The notes under the pieces are model-generated. The model was given only the letters and a program-made list of their open reading frames with translations. It was not told the DNA's origin and did not search any database. Below, in pieces: positions 12,780-27,230 of a stretch of 64,000 bases of DNA. A program made the position numbers and the translations under genes. Origin of the DNA: Hypanus sabinus (taxonomy: Eukaryota). Within the stretch, counting starts at the first letter, position 1. The number at the start of each line of letters is the position of its first letter. The DNA lies in assembly GCF_030144855.1 (NCBI RefSeq), contig NC_082722.1, forward strand, positions 26,846,001 through 26,910,000. The letters run 5' to 3'.

Positions 12780-13215
12780 GCCGTATACCCTCCACTGATA
12801 AACAGCATCAAAACTGAATTTGAGGCAATGGAGCCGCTTGACATCATAACTTGAGTGAATGGCTGGTGTGCGGGCAGTGTTCCTATTCTAGGACAAATGG
12901 CACAGTGAGGGTCTGTGTTGATCTAATAAAACTGAATGATGTAGTGAGGTGGTAGAGGTTTATTCTTCTCTCTGTTGACCACACATTGTGTATGCTGGGT
13001 GGGGCAAAATTCTGTACTAAAGTATATGCAAACTTAGGGTTCTGCAGATCGGTTCAGCTTCTGAGTCACAGGAGCTCACAACCTTTATCACACTAACTGG
13101 ACGCTATGCCATGAAGAGACTCCCTTTTGGCTTCTCACCAGACGCCGAATTCTTTCAGATGAGGATGAAGGAAATTTTGGAAGGACTTGAATGGGTAATC
13201 TGCCGCGTGGACACA
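12780..13215 (+). mobile_element. Degenerate Gypsy RT fragment
   Basis: GTVRVCVDLIKLND...TTFITLTGRYAMKRLPFGFS...FQMRMKEILEGL, with stops and frameshifts. Confidence 0.75.
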
Positions 13216-14049
13216 CCTGTAGATGTGGTGATCAGAATATACACATATGAATAACAACAGAACATCATTGACTCAGCCGGGCAACACTACGTTTGCAACG
13301 TTCTCCAAATTAGCGATAGTGCTGGTAGGCGGTACCCTTGAATAGTACACGTTACAAGGAATCCCGGAACTATTCAAAATAATCATAACAATGGCGATAT
13401 CAATAATGATCGAATCTCGTTAAGTCATAATTCACCACTTTAGGTGCTCTAAAAATCTTGCAGCCCGATGCTCTCCGGCTCCACGCAAAGGTCCGGCGAA
13501 CCCATTACAAGCACAAATATGCTGTATATATATTTATCTCTTCCTGTTATATGACTGGTTGAAAAGTTTAAAGCTCAAAAGTTTGAAGTTGGAAGTAACT
13601 TTATTTTCAAAGTATGTATATAATACCCATATAGCAACTTGAGATTCAGTTCCTTGCAGGCATTCAGATAGAACTGAGAAATACAACAGCGTCAATGAAA
13701 TCTGCAGGAAACCTTTGAAAGATAACCAATGTGGAACATAATACAATTAAAAATGAAATGAATAAATAGTAAACGAATTGATAAGTAGATTCCATTTGTT
13801 GCTATATATGAATGCTTTTAGGGTTGATTAGTTTAACTGCCTTCAGGGATAGCAATGCTGAAGTACAAGAGAACAAAGAAGTAATTCATCTTGGTTACAT
13901 TCCATTTTGAGCGATCTAAAAGTGAAAAACAAAACTCCGGTCGTTGAATATTGATCCAACAAAAATTTTAGGTCTCACTATAATCCCTTCAAAGACATTT
14001 TATGAGGAAGTTTAATTAGTTTAATAACACGTCAAGAGTTCTGCAGTGA

Positions 14050-14900
14050 CCATAAGACTCTGAGAAGAGGAGCAGAATTAGGAAAATTAGTTCATCCATT
14101 CTGCTGCGCCGTTGAATCCAGGTTATTATTTTACAATTCCATTCTCCCGTATTCCAATCGTAACTTTTAAAGACCTTGCCAGTCAAGAACATTTCAATCT
14201 CTGCCTTAAATGCGTCTAAAAACTTGGCCCTCTCAGCCTTCTCTGGCAGCGAATTCCACAGATTCAGCACCCTCTTACGGAAAAAAATGTTAATTCCAAG
14301 GAATATGCCGTCAATGTACATGTGTAATCTTTGATCCTAGGCTCTGCTACAAAACGGAAGTACCCCTCCCCGGTCTACTCTTCATGGGCTTCTCAGTATC
14401 TGGCATGTTTCATTGAGATCACGTATGCCATCGCCCCTCATATGAAGAGCGTTTGATGGCTCTTTCCCTACATGAACTAGAATTCAGAAGAATGAGGGGT
14501 AAGTTTATAGAAACCTCTCAGACAGTGAACGGTTTTGATAGAATGAATATGGACAGGATGTATCCTAAGACCGGAAAGTCTGCAACGAGAGGGCACAACC
14601 TGAAAATAGAGGGGCGTCCTGTTAGAATGGAGATGAGGAGAAATGTCTTCAGCTAGAGAGTGGCTAATCTAGGTAAGTATTTACTACAGGTAGCTGTGAA
14701 TGCAACGTCTTTATGTATATTTAAGGTAAAGGTTGATAGATTTCTTCACTAGTCATGAACGGTTACGGGGAGGAGGCAGAATATTGGAACTCAGAGGAAA
14801 ATTGGATGATCCTTGATGAAATGACATAGGAGGCTCAATGGGCTAAATGGCATAATTCAAGTCCTATATCTTGTGGTTTTATGATCTTATGAAAGCCATC
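14050..14900. mobile_element. Two adjacent CR1 3' fragments (minus then plus)
   Basis: FFRKRVLNLWNSLP on the - strand; TRGHNLKIEGRP...RNVFS on the + strand. Confidence 0.75.
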
Positions 14901-15489
14901 TACTACAGGCACAGAGACATCCAACGCCCCTCGCTGTTAATCCCTTTATTTTGGGAACATTTTCTTGAAGCTCCCGTGACCCTTTCCAGCTGCAGGACAT
15001 CTTTCCTTCAATACCGGACAAAGTAACTCACAATATTACAAATGTGGATCACCAACACCTTATAAGGCGTCAGCAGTTAGCTTGCATTCAACAGGCTACT
15101 TTGGTAATTTAAAATTTTAGGCAAGGCATCATAATCATGAAATAAAGGGGGTGTAACCTGGAAAGCAAATATAAATAATTGGGGCATCATCGATGTGAAG
15201 AAATGTTTTAATGCTATTGCCGCCAAGAATTAACAGTATTTCTCAAGCAGAAGGATATAGTGTACGCCATTTGTAAGTTGCCTAATGATAAATCACAGTT
15301 TAATTCAATTTGGGAGGCAGGTTGGCTTATACAACATGCAATTTATAATAAATCCCTGTAAAACATCCTCTTGACATTCCATAAATTGCAGCAGAGAGAA
15401 AATCCGGTGACTATCATTCGCCATGTTGTAAGACATATTTCACATGCAAATATAACTGAAAGGAAGTTATGTTAAAAAGGCCACAATAG

Positions 15490-15770
15490 CAGAACGATGA
15501 GTGCGATTCTGTCACATTGCAGGGCATTCCGGAGTTTGGGGTTCAATTCTGGCGCTTTTTTAAAGGAATTTGCACTTTCTCCCCGTGAACCACAGCGAGA
15601 CTCCTCAGGCTACTCCGGTTTCATCCGACAGTCTGAAGACGAAACAGTTAGTAGGTTCATCCTTCATTGTAAATTCTCCTGGGATTAGACTGGATTTCAG
15701 TAAGTGGGTTGCTCGCAGGGCTGCTCATTGGACGGGAAGTGTCTCTTCTGTGCTGAATCTTTCAGCAAAT
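15490..15770 (+). mobile_element. tRNA-derived SINE (V-SINE/HE1-like)
   Basis: B-box-like GGGTTCAATTC followed by the ...CTCCCCGTG...CTCCGGTTTC.TCC.ACAGTC core. Confidence 0.55.
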
Positions 15771-18700
15771 AAATTAAATACAGAACAAAGTATAAAAATG
15801 CTGCCTATCTCAGTATATCCTTCTTCTACCTTTAAGATGCTGCAAAAGATAAAATAGGTTGTAACCTGCTTTACACCAACGAATAGGCTAATATTTATAA
15901 AACAATCCTACATATCGTCGGGGGGGGGGGGGGTGGAGGGCGCACAGATAAATCTTTGAAAACAGAATTGTTGTGCAATGCAGACTTCCAATCGAGCAAA
16001 ACAAGGGAAAACATGAGCAGGACCATTACCAATCTCGGAAAATATGTCTAAAGTTATTCCACTGCACATTGCTTTTGATTTTATTTGATCTAACCAGATG
16101 AGTCTTCTATAAACTGTTGCTCTCTGTCTAATTGTTGATATAAAAATACTTGTCAATGTTGATGTGGACTACCCCGGCAATGTTAGTAAATATTGCACAG
16201 TTACATTTGATTTTAAATATTTTTTGCTAGATATTAATTTAAGTTTTGTTGAGTACTATTCCTAGCACTGTTTACTTTAGCCTGATATCGCGGCTACCAG
16301 AATTGCTGTTCCTCAGATCAGTTCGGAGGAACACTTCAAGAAAGGGAGTTTGCTTATACGACGCATCTCGTACGTGAAAATATCCAATACGCTATCCTCG
16401 TGCAAATGAACTATTTGAAAGGGAGTACTTAACTTATGGAAGATAAGTGTGCATAATGAAGCGATACCAGGTTGGAAAAACAGTACCAGCAAAAGTCAAC
16501 TCATGTCCTGCGATGTGCAAGCAACGATTTAAATGAATGCTCAATAAAGATCGGAAGCTAACGGGGAATAAAATTGAACAGTCGGTAGAAAAGCTGCAGA
16601 GCACTGCAATGGCAACGTGAATTGTTCAGAGGAACCATCCCTGATTACTCAGCGCAGGATATCTGGTTGCTTGCATGCGTTGGCACCTATGGTAATTACG
16701 TAATACAAATAATAGTAATAATAATACCCATTACCCTATCCTTCTGGCATACTATATTGGGTCGAAGCCCATCCGAAAAATTTGCAAAGAAAAGTAAGAA
16801 ATAAAATTACAAATTTTAGAAAACACAATGTACATTTGAACGCACTTAGATTAACTCTACCTAGGACAGAATGGGGAAGAGTAATAACATACATAACTAA
16901 ACTTCGTACAACAGTCAGAAAAAAACGTTCAAGTATATTTTTCATTAATGAAAACAAGATTCAACACTCCAGGCAAGCACATGGAGTTCGGATAAGAACA
17001 CACCACTAAAATGAAATCAAAGCAACAAACAGAAAAATGTAGAAATTATCACTCTAGAAGAAAAAAAATAACCAATGGAAGAATATGACCGTCCTTGCGA
17101 CACATCCCCAGGATCTGGGCAGATTAGCCGTCATCAAGGAAGCGTGGAATGCTTGGCTCAGAGTTGGAGACCTCTTCTCAGAACAAAATGGTTCCTTGTG
17201 GCATATAGAACCAGGAGGTTAGCACAACAAATGATCAATATACAGAATAAAAACCACAGAAAGTTATAAGATGATGCATGCAGAAGGGCCGAGAGAAAAC
17301 AGAAACAATCCATCTCATTATTGTACCTAGCTGCAGTTAAAGCCAATCCGATTTCTCAGATAGGCACAATTAAGTGGCAAGCATTCTTTACTAAAATCTT
17401 ACTTTAAATCTCAAGCACAGAAGTGGAACCATACCTCGTGATATACCCGGGTCTGGTTCAGTTTGAGAGTTAGAGTCCAACAAGCTATAATACAACTAAT
17501 CCATTATTACAGATGGGACAATTTATAATAACCTTTCGCATATAAATATGACAGGATAAACAGGCAAAAGGAACCTATTTACTAGATATAGCCAGTCCAA
17601 AGACACACAATATAAGAAATCAATGAGCGAAAATCACCTGAAATTAAAAGACTATGGAACATGAACAGGGTTATCCTTGTCCAAATAGTGATATCTACAA
17701 CTGATATCATCCCAAAATCATAACGTAAAAGCATTACACTATCAGGTCTACTTCGCAGTCTTTATAGAAATCTGCTGAAAGCCACAATTCTAAACACAAG
17801 TTTGAATTTTGCTGTTGAGAAATTGGCTTGTTTGACTTTACCAACTCGAAATAATAATAAAAGTAATACTTTGCCTGAGTTTGGTGATTGTAAATTTGAA
17901 GCACTGGGGCACCTGAATAAAGGTAGGTCATGAGCTCTGGACGATAGATGACAAGGATATGCCGCGTGCCACACAACACAGTTTTGGTGAAACGTAAGTT
18001 AATGCCAGATGAGTGTTAAGGGTATATTCAGCAACGGCTGCCTTCGTATAGAGATGGCATTGTTACAGAAATCTAGATTTGGGGACCTGCTGTGTCCGAG
18101 CAAGTAAAATGTCTTTATAATTCAGAAAATTTCGGGACACTGTCACTGAGAATATGCAATGATTGGCCGACTTTCCTGGCTATTGTGCTGGGAAGGCAAT
18201 TGTATTGAACATTTTCAAACAGGGTATTGCAGTCCGAGTAGATAAAAAAAGAATGTTTGCCTTTGTGCTTCTTTGTGCACTCCTGCCCAAGAGGACATTA
18301 CTGGGGGGGGGGGGGGACTGTACGTGCGTGCCAATGTGGATGACTAATTCCAAGAATTCTACGTGATTGGTTATGATTGGTGTATGCGAACCGTTTATCT
18401 GAAATCCACGCACTCACCGACCCACACTGCCATTTAGTGAAACAAAACACGGATTTTATAATTATCATCCATCCTTTCTCTGTGCTTTTATCCTCCCGAT
18501 GTTTTCTCCTTTATTTCAGGCCCAGAGCTAAAAGTATACCTCGGCTGACTTGCGATGTACCCCATTCCGCAACCCCAAATTATCGTCTCTTTTCCATGGC
18601 GAACAATGCCGAACGTTAACTCTGGAATTTAGGGTTTTCCTTCTCTTTTGTACTCCTTTTAGTAACCTAACTTTTCTGGGTGGTTAACATTGTTAACATT

Positions 18701-20999
18701 TAACATGTATTTTGCCATATTATCCGAAGTGTTCAGAATCAGAACGTGTTTAGAATACTATTTTGCTGTACCCCATCAAGATATGGCAACGTTTTTAAAA
18801 GTCTATCAAAATAAACGTTCATGCCGCATGTATGGGACATATTGTGCAATAATGCGTTGATGTGTATTTGTGTTTCCTTTGTTCCGACTTGATGGAAATG
18901 TAAATTATTTGTCGAAAGTGGCACCTATTTTGCACGTGAAACGCGATTTCTAATCCTCAAATGTGAACTTTTCTAACATTGCATTGAAAAGATGCACCCA
19001 GTACTGATGTACTTACTAAACGAGAGCACACACAGCAAAGTATCTGCAACCACAGTAGGCTGGTGACATCATGGAAACTCCATGCGGTCAGAAGCTTCAC
19101 CGCCTCAGGCGAGTAATTTGCAGATACCCTCGTCATCGCGTTTATCACTTAATTGAAAAGCAAGAAAGTTATTTAAAAAAAAATTCTTGTAAAGCTCTTT
19201 CTGAAAATTATGTGTTTCTTTACTCACAATATGTCATTCAAAAACAACAAATGTATATCAACCATTTCTATATCAAATTTTTCAGTACTTTTCTAAGAAC
19301 ATCGAATATTTACAATTTGTGATCCTAAGCAGGATTAAATTTATAAACACAGGATATTCTGCTGATAACGAAAGTCCAGAGCTACAGTAACTCAAACGCT
19401 AAAGGAATACAGCATTCAGGCGGCATCTAGGAAATGAATTAACAGCCGACATTTCAAAACAAGACAGTTCTTCAGAACTGGAATGGACAAAATAAAGTCA
19501 ATGCCAGGAGAAAAATACCCTTTTAATCCGCCAAAGAAATGCATCCTGAAAACATCCAGCTGGAAAATTTGTCGATTATTTCCAGTGAAAGCAGTTGCCA
19601 CTGAATATTTAGGTGATATAACCTAAGGTTATGATAAAATACTGAGAAGGACAAATTGCTTTGAATGTAAGCACAAATCCTAAAAAAAAATGCTAGTCAA
19701 GCATTGTTTATGTATGCATGGTTTTCTATATCCGTTTAAGTTCTCAGCATGCTGAATGGCGAATTAAGTGTGTTTTATCGTTTTGTCATATGTGTACTGA
19801 CAAGAGCAGACACCAGGAACGTGGATAAAAGTTTTGTAATATTTCATCTTAAATACCGAAGAAATCTTCGCACTCTCGGTTAAAACAAAAGCTATATTGA
19901 AATTGTGGACACTGACATTTTATCATGGTACATTCATTTAATACCGCATTGCCAAAGCGTATCAGAAATTTTCCACAGCAGAGTCGATTAACAAAATCAG
20001 GTATAAAGAAATTCCTTCAGTGATACTATGTTGGAGGTCCAATCATGACAGCGAGTCGTATGGTTATCTTCACAATCGACTGTATGCAAAAAGTAAGTAA
20101 AGAGATTGAAGTAGATTTTGGAACCAGTACCTATTAAGTACCTGAAAGCACAATGTAACCTCAGACTGGAAAATACACACTTTAGACGAGAGGGCATATA
20201 ATCCACAAAAGATAAAGGTGGATATAATACATAAAACACAATATTAAAATAACAGCTACTGCTGCACACGTTCAGAAAGTACTTCAGGCGATCTTACTTG
20301 GGGTAACAAAATCGATTTGCATCATGACACTATATTCATCGGTAGGCTCATGGATTCCCTTCTACCCCTTTCCTTCAAGTGTCAGCATAATTTTTTGATA
20401 AGACGTGAGAATCAAACCAATTTGTTGAGACGAAACTCTGTCTTTAGTTTCCAAAATTGTTGAATTAGTAGCAGAAGTACTGCAACAAGCGAATTAAATA
20501 ACGTTAATTCTGAAGAATCTTAGAACTTATCTTAACATAAAGAAGCCATTTTGGCTGCATTACATATTCATTGTGAAATTTTGCAATGAACATTTTAACT
20601 TTCCTGTGGAACGTGCTTTCTACATTTGGCGGAAATACAAATGACTTCTCAGTTTGAAGTGACTCTGCAAAAATGTGGAGCGTGCACATTATTGTAGGAA
20701 TTTTTGCAGATATTCGTATATTGCTATGTATATTTGATTTTAAAATACTTCACATTGTGACAAGAAACATTTTAAATGTAAATCCCATGTTTTTTTTACC
20801 AAATTTTCACTAATTAAAGAGCTTGCGAATCTAAATGTCCGAAACAAAAACCGGTTTCAGCCGTTCACCCATTTTACCCCTGCGCACGATCAACATTATT
20901 TCTGCTTTACTTTCAGGGTCTGTGTTTGACGATGGTTGATGATTTAACTGAAACTAAGTTTTAAATTCAAAATGAAAGAAAACCGGAAAATCTAAATCT

Positions 21000-21790
21000 A
21001 CTCAATCCATAAATAGCCTCACAAATACATTTATAGGCAGATAATGTCTCCAAAGTTGCAAGTGTACCTCGCCTTCAGGTTATTCCCAAAATGACCTAAT
21101 TTATTGCAAATCAGGAAGACATTGTATGTGTGAGCATGCAGATGGAAGATCATAGTGATTTAGGAGACTGATGCTAATCATTTCCACACCTGGATCCACC
21201 TATTACTGTTCAACTCTAACGCAATGGCAAAAGCAGAATTATTGGGTTCAAGACTAGACGGATGAAATATGCTGTCTCTAGGTACAAGTACTTCCGTGTA
21301 TGTTTTCGATATCTGAGAGAGATGTTTCCCATGAAATCAGATTCCAAAATTAAGGATGGCATTTTCTGTTGGTCCGCATATCAAATAGGTCATCAATGGC
21401 AGTCCGTTCAAAGAACGTCTGGTGGAACTGGAGAACATCGCGTGGAAGGCATTCAAGGACGTCCAATAAAAACTAATTGGCAACTGCAGAGCATCAAACT
21501 ACGTGCAGCTGATTGATAACATACATCAAGCATACAAAACCATGAAATGCACCATGTCAGTAAGAATTCATTTTCTGCATTCAAATTTAGTCTTCTATGC
21601 AGATCTGGGTGTTGTTCATAAGGAGCATTGTGAAAGGATTCAAAATGAGATTGTGGTCAATAAAAAATGGTATCAAGGCAATTGGAATGCATAAATGCTG
21701 GTGGACTACTGTTGGACACTTACGCAAGAAGCCTCAGGCATTGAAAACAATCGAAAATCTTCACAAAATACTTCAGCTTAGTTGAATGAT
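21000..21790 (+). mobile_element. Degenerate DNA-transposon transposase remnant, superfamily not assigned
   Basis: Frameshifted KIKDGIF/VGPHIK...MSVRIHFLHSNL...EHCER...WYQGNWNA*MLVDYCWTL. Confidence 0.6.
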
Positions 21791-21989
21791 TGCCAGGCGT
21801 CATTACCATTGTACATTTAAACGTTTTATATTTAATAAAACTTTATGCCTTTTTCGCCAATTTTCTACCTGGTACAGGCAATGAGATATTATCCTTGTAT
21901 TCAATGTCAGGCAGTCTATCTTAATCACATCTGAAGAAGCAACATTTACGAAAAACTTTGCTACCAAGTGGTTCCATCCATCCACGGCA

Positions 21990-22330
21990 CACATATTTCA
22001 CACAAAGCCATCCCCTCCCCCATCTGGCCCTAGATCCATCTGCCCTTCACCTCTCCTCTAATGGTCTCCATTGCCTCTCCTTTATTTGTTAGTTTCCAGA
22101 ACTGGTAGCCTTTGCCTTTCTGCTTATCACCCTCCAGAATCTGTACCTATCTTAATCTACCCAAGCAACACACACAAAATGCTGGTGGAACGCAGCAGGC
22201 CAGGCAGCATCTATAGGAAGAAACACTGTCGACGTTTTGTACCGCGACACTTGAACCTGGCCTTCTGTGTTCAACCAACATTTTGTGTGTGTTGTTTGAA
22301 TTTCCAGCATCTGCAGATTTCCTCGTGTTT
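21990..22330. repeat. Penelope-terminus-derived short repeat
   Basis: ACACACAAAATGCTGGTGGAACGCAGCAGGCCAGGCAGCATCTATAGGAAG motif, also seen at ~27170-27225 (reverse) and ~41460-41660. Confidence 0.6.
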
Positions 22331-24279
22331 GATCTCCCCAACCCTCCTTTCACGTCTGTTGTCTCAGCAGACGAAAGTTGTTCCAAATGTCATATGCATC
22401 TCGCGGATCATTTACACCTGTGGAGATTTACACCTTACGGATTATGGTAGAACCAGAAACGGAATAAAATTCCATAATCAAGGAATATTTTATCATAATA
22501 ATTATAATAAGTGTCCTATTAAGTATCCTAATAGAACAGATAACAAAAAGACTATTGGTCCAACTTGCTGAACTATTGAATATGGAATGTCTGGAATATC
22601 CAGCAAATCAGGTTAACATGTACACGCAGATCAACAGAATTAACAATTCAATTTTCATTCTTTTCTCAGAACTGTGTTTCTGGGCTTCTAAACCCACATT
22701 CATGAATTGTGAATCCAAGGAATTAAATTAAGGTCGAAAGAAGTGAGTACTTTCTTTGTTTTCCTCTTCTACTTTGTCCATTTGAAAGCCGAGTTGTTCT
22801 TGTTCAAGTCCGAGGAAGTTTCATATCCTCTCAAGACAGATAAATATTCACTTCTTGTTTATAATTCACTAATGCGAATATTTGCATGCGAGCCTTTGCA
22901 TGCTTTCTATAAAAAAGATGCTCGTAATAGAATTTTAATTCATCTGCCAGTTTACTACGGAAACATTTGTACCTAGTGTTTATGGGAACTAGTACGCTAC
23001 CTCGGAGTTGAATTGCATTCGTTAGACTGCTGGTGATATCATGGAGAATGTGCGGTCAATGATTTCTTATCTGTGAAACCCGTATGAAACAAGCAACTCG
23101 TGTTATCACACTTGACGTTTAACAGTAAGTCAATAACTTTTATTTAAGTAACTTATTTGATATCTTCCTTCTGTCAGCTATGTGTTTTGAAATTTATCCT
23201 GCAACCTCGAAACTTCCTGCTTCTGCTCCGTGTTTCTTCTGGAAATAAATAAACGAAACAATTCCTAAAAACAACTAAATAGCTGTTATTTATGAGCAAG
23301 TCATTCTCTGAGTGCACTGAATGTAAACCAATTACTTGGCAGTTTAAAGGACATTGTAAACCGATGTCAGGGGGAAAATATTCTCCTTTCTGATTAATTA
23401 AATGAGCGACCGCAGCTAGTAGATATTGAATTTAATTTGACAACGTGTTTGCGACTAACAACTTGGCCGAAAGTCACATTCCTGTGATGTGCTCGTCCAT
23501 TCTTGTATTAAACACAGTGTTAAGGGAACAAGGAACAGATAGACGGTAATACATGAAGTTGCAATGTCGAGAATTGTCTTTTTATCTAAAGCTTTCAATG
23601 ATAATTTTAAAGACTCGAAAGAAAAGTAAAGTCATGTCGTTTTGTATTCGGTTTATATTGTTAGATCATTAATTGGAAAGCAGGGTAATTAATGCAAAAC
23701 AGTATTGCAGATGTTTGCAATCCGAAATTAAGCAGCAAACATCGCGAACCGTCTTTGAAAGGGAAAAAATAAAAATAATCTCTCTTCATGATCTCGTGAA
23801 AATTATCGACTTTAAGTGTTCACTGTTTTTCTCGGCAGACGCTGTGTGGCTTGCTCACTGTTTCCTCCGTCTTCCACGCAATAGCAGCAAACAGTAGCTT
23901 TAATTTTACAGTCAACAAACTCCAATTCAGCTCCCTATTACCCATCAAAGAATAATGAACATTCAGGTGAAACATTTATCCTAAAAGAACTTTGTTGAAA
24001 ACATTTCGGAATATGTTTGTAATGAAGGCAAAGAATTTTCAAGGCGCGATATTATGAAGCATTACCTCGTACGAGGTATAAAATTTTCTCACTAATTAAA
24101 AATCTAGATTTACAGTCAATTCTTTGGCCGAACTGGAGTTCTGCTGACCATTTAGAAACAACCTGATTTTTTTCTGAGATTGTCATGTATTGAAGCATTT
24201 GAAATTAAAACAAACAATAAATTAAATGCTTAAAAAGAACAAAAGAACATAAAGGTCAAAAACAAAAAAAAATCAATCT

Positions 24280-25303
24280 GAGCACCGGTGCCCCATAAGT
24301 CTGTGTACTCAGCCCCTTGCTGTACTCACTGTGCACCCATGATTGTGTAGCCAAGTTTCCATCAAACTCAATATTTCAGTTTGCTGATGATACCACAATT
24401 GTAGGCCGCATCTTGGCTCATGATGAGTCTGAGTACAGAGAGGAAATTAAGAAAGTGGTGGCATGGTGCGAAGACAATAACCCATCCCTCAATGTCAGCA
24501 AGAAGAAGGAAATTGTTGTTGACTTCAGAAGGAGTAGCGGAACGCACAACCCCATCTACATCGGTGGTGCGCACGTGGAACATGTCAAAATCTTTAAGTT
24601 TCTCGGGGTGAATATCACAAATGACCTGACTTGATCTAACCAAGCAGAGTCCACTGCCAAGAAGGACCACCAGCGCCATTTACTTCCTGAGAAAGCTGAA
24701 GAAATTTGGCCTGTCCCCGAAAACCCTCACTATTTTTATAGGTGCACGTAGAAAGCATTCTTCTAGCGTGCATCAGAACCTGATATGGAAGTTGTCATGT
24801 CCAAGACCGGAAGATAGTGAACATAACCCAGCACATCACACAAACCAATCTTCCATTCTTGGACTCACTTTATGCCGCATACTATAGGAGCAGTGCTGCC
24901 AGGATAATCAAGGACATGACCCACCCAGCCAGCACAATTCTTATCCCACTTCCCTCTGGGAGAAGGTTCAGGAGCACGAAGATCCCTGCGGCCAGATTTG
25001 GGAACAGTTTCTTTCCAACTGCGATAAGACTGTTGAACGCATCCTAACTCAGAGCAGGGCCGTACCTTCCAAATATCTGGACCTGATTTGCACTACCTTA
25101 CTTTCCCTTTCCTATTTACTAATTATGATATTTAATTTAATTTTTATTATATGTATTTCGATTTGTACTTCAGGGAGCACGAAGAGCAGAAACAAATATC
25201 ACTATGATTATTATACGCTCTACAACCAATTGTCTGGTGACAATAAAGTAAAGCAAAGTAAAGTTATGTAAGGTAAAGTAAAATAAAGTAAAGTAAAGTA
25301 AAC
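24280..25303 (+). mobile_element. Rex1/Babar-like LINE 3' fragment with (AAAGT)n tail
   Basis: LYSLCTHDCVAKFPSNSIFQFADDTTIVG...FKFLGVNIT; LPSGRRFRS...NSFFPTAIRLLN; microsatellite tail at ~25245-25303. Confidence 0.85.
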
Positions 25304-26904
25304 TAAAAGGCTCACTGCCAAGGCGGGAATGGCTTGTCCGCTGAAGCCATAGTTTTAAAGTGTTTCGAAACAGCTGCAGAGGAGATGTCAGAGGTAAAGA
25401 TTTTACACAGAGAGTGCTGAGAGCGTGGAATGGACTGCGGCGTCGGTGGTGGAGACGGATACAATAGGGTCTTTTAAGAGACTACTGGATGGGTACATTG
25501 AGCTTAGAAAAATAGAGGGCAATGGGTAACGCCTGGTAATTTCTAAGGTAATGACATGTTTGGTACAGCTTTGTGGGCTGCAGTTCGTGCATTGTGCTGT
25601 AGGTTTTCCTTGTTTCTAAAGTGTCTTAAACTATCCTGTGCCTTTCCGCCCCAGTTAAGTCTGAACAAATTGGTGGTATGCTGTTAAAAATACACAGCTG
25701 TAGGGTTTAGCTCTAAGGCATTTAAAACTAAAAATGTATCGGCAGTTTTATTCAATTGTTACCTAAGAGATACCACGACAATTCCAACCGTGCTCAAATG
25801 AGGCCATTTTTTTATCAGCCAACTTGTTTTTAAGTGCTTAGTAATCGGTCCAACTTACTGCTCCATTCTTAAGCACTATGAAGAATCGACTAATGGAGGA
25901 CAGTGAATGGTCATGGGGAACTAATCACAGTACGCTCATCTTTAGGATTTATGTATCGAGAAGAAAGAATATCTGAAAATCAAGTCAGAAATCTCGACGA
26001 AAACTTACCTTCTTGAAATTGTGTTTCCTGCCGCAGACAGATTTTTGTATTCGGCATCACAAATTGTCTGTAACGTAAAACTAAGCTGTCTTTCATTAGA
26101 ATAGTCTCCAGGTCCACAGCAAAAAAATGCCCATATCTTCTCCCTGCTAAACTCCTCAAAAACAGACCTCAATTACATCCCGTGGGATCCAGTTGACAAA
26201 ATATGTGTTACCTATGAACAGATTTAGGTCCAAAGCAGCTGCATAATTTCAGATCTGAGAGATGGGAAATACAATGTAATAATGGTGTCAAAGCTCCTGT
26301 GAAAAGTGCATAACTCCCCAACCGCTTCCTGGAAATTCGGAAACACATCTGCTCAAAATATCGAGGCGTTTGACATGCAAACGAAATCTTAACTCCGTTC
26401 GTAGCAAGCACTTGGAAGCTCAGTATTGTTTTATCGCCAACCAAAATGGTTTTGAATATTCAATGTTGTCATGTTATAACTGGATAACAATTTATGCCCT
26501 GCCAGGTTAGACACATGGGTGTGTGACAATCCTTACTTTTTCTGTAACATATTAAATATGTTTTTTTTGTTTTTTTTTTGCTCGATTGACTATCGTAATG
26601 TCTGCCGTTTACTTTGTGGAAATGTAGGAGATATTTGAAAGAGCAACGTTTCCCGCAACGCAACTGCTCGTGCTGATTGGATTTAAAATGGATTCTCGAA
26701 ACTGCAGTCAATGATTTGAGATCTCCTCGATGCGCCCTTTGTAGAACTTATCGCAGTTTTGAACTTATAACTTACTGTTTGAACTCTAAGCTCTCTCTTT
26801 ATGTGATCAACGTCCTATCTCTACCACACACAGTATTTGTTGCTGCTTTTCGCTGATTCACTTGTGCGAGCGGATCACAGCAGCGAGTAAGGAACCACGA
26901 GAAA

Positions 26905-27230
26905 ACCACCACCATGATGAGTGGAAACACGAGAAAATCTGCAGATGCTGGAAATTCAAGCAACACGGTGTCAGGGCCATGATCATCCCCCCTCTCCAGA
27001 TGTGTATCCTTTTGCCAAACAACTTTCCAGCGCTTAGCTTAATCCCTCCCCCTCCTGTCTACTCCCATCATTTCGGATCTCCCCCTCCCTCTCCCACTTT
27101 CGAATCTCTTACTATCTCTTCTTTCAGTTAGTCCCGACGAAGGGTCTCGGCCCGAAACTTCGACTGTACTTCTTCCTATAGATGATGCCTGACCTGCTGC
27201 GTTCCACCAGCATTTTGTGTGTGTTGTCTG
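26905..27230 (+). repeat. Penelope-terminus-derived repeat with a degenerate hammerhead-like core
   Basis: 27131-27164 GTCCCGACGAAGGGTCTCGGCCCGAAACTTCGAC; flanks match the repeat at ~22 kb and ~41.5 kb. Confidence 0.6.

Noticed and set aside
15837-16710. Several small exon-like segments (15837, ~16281, ~16630)
   Set aside because: Splice-like signals only; no recognisable peptide and no consistent phase chain.
18957-19148. Minus-strand leader-like ORF with a GTAAGT donor
   Set aside because: No downstream Ig or other exon found on that strand to support it.
21190-21260. TATTACTGT (YYC) resembling a V-domain end
   Set aside because: It lies inside the transposase relic and lacks the DxGxYYC context and upstream Cys/Trp.
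25853-26070. Minus-strand donor/acceptor signals in the duplicated upstream block
   Set aside because: Stops in all frames of one candidate, a 36-nt implied intron, and the sites are not conserved in copy B.
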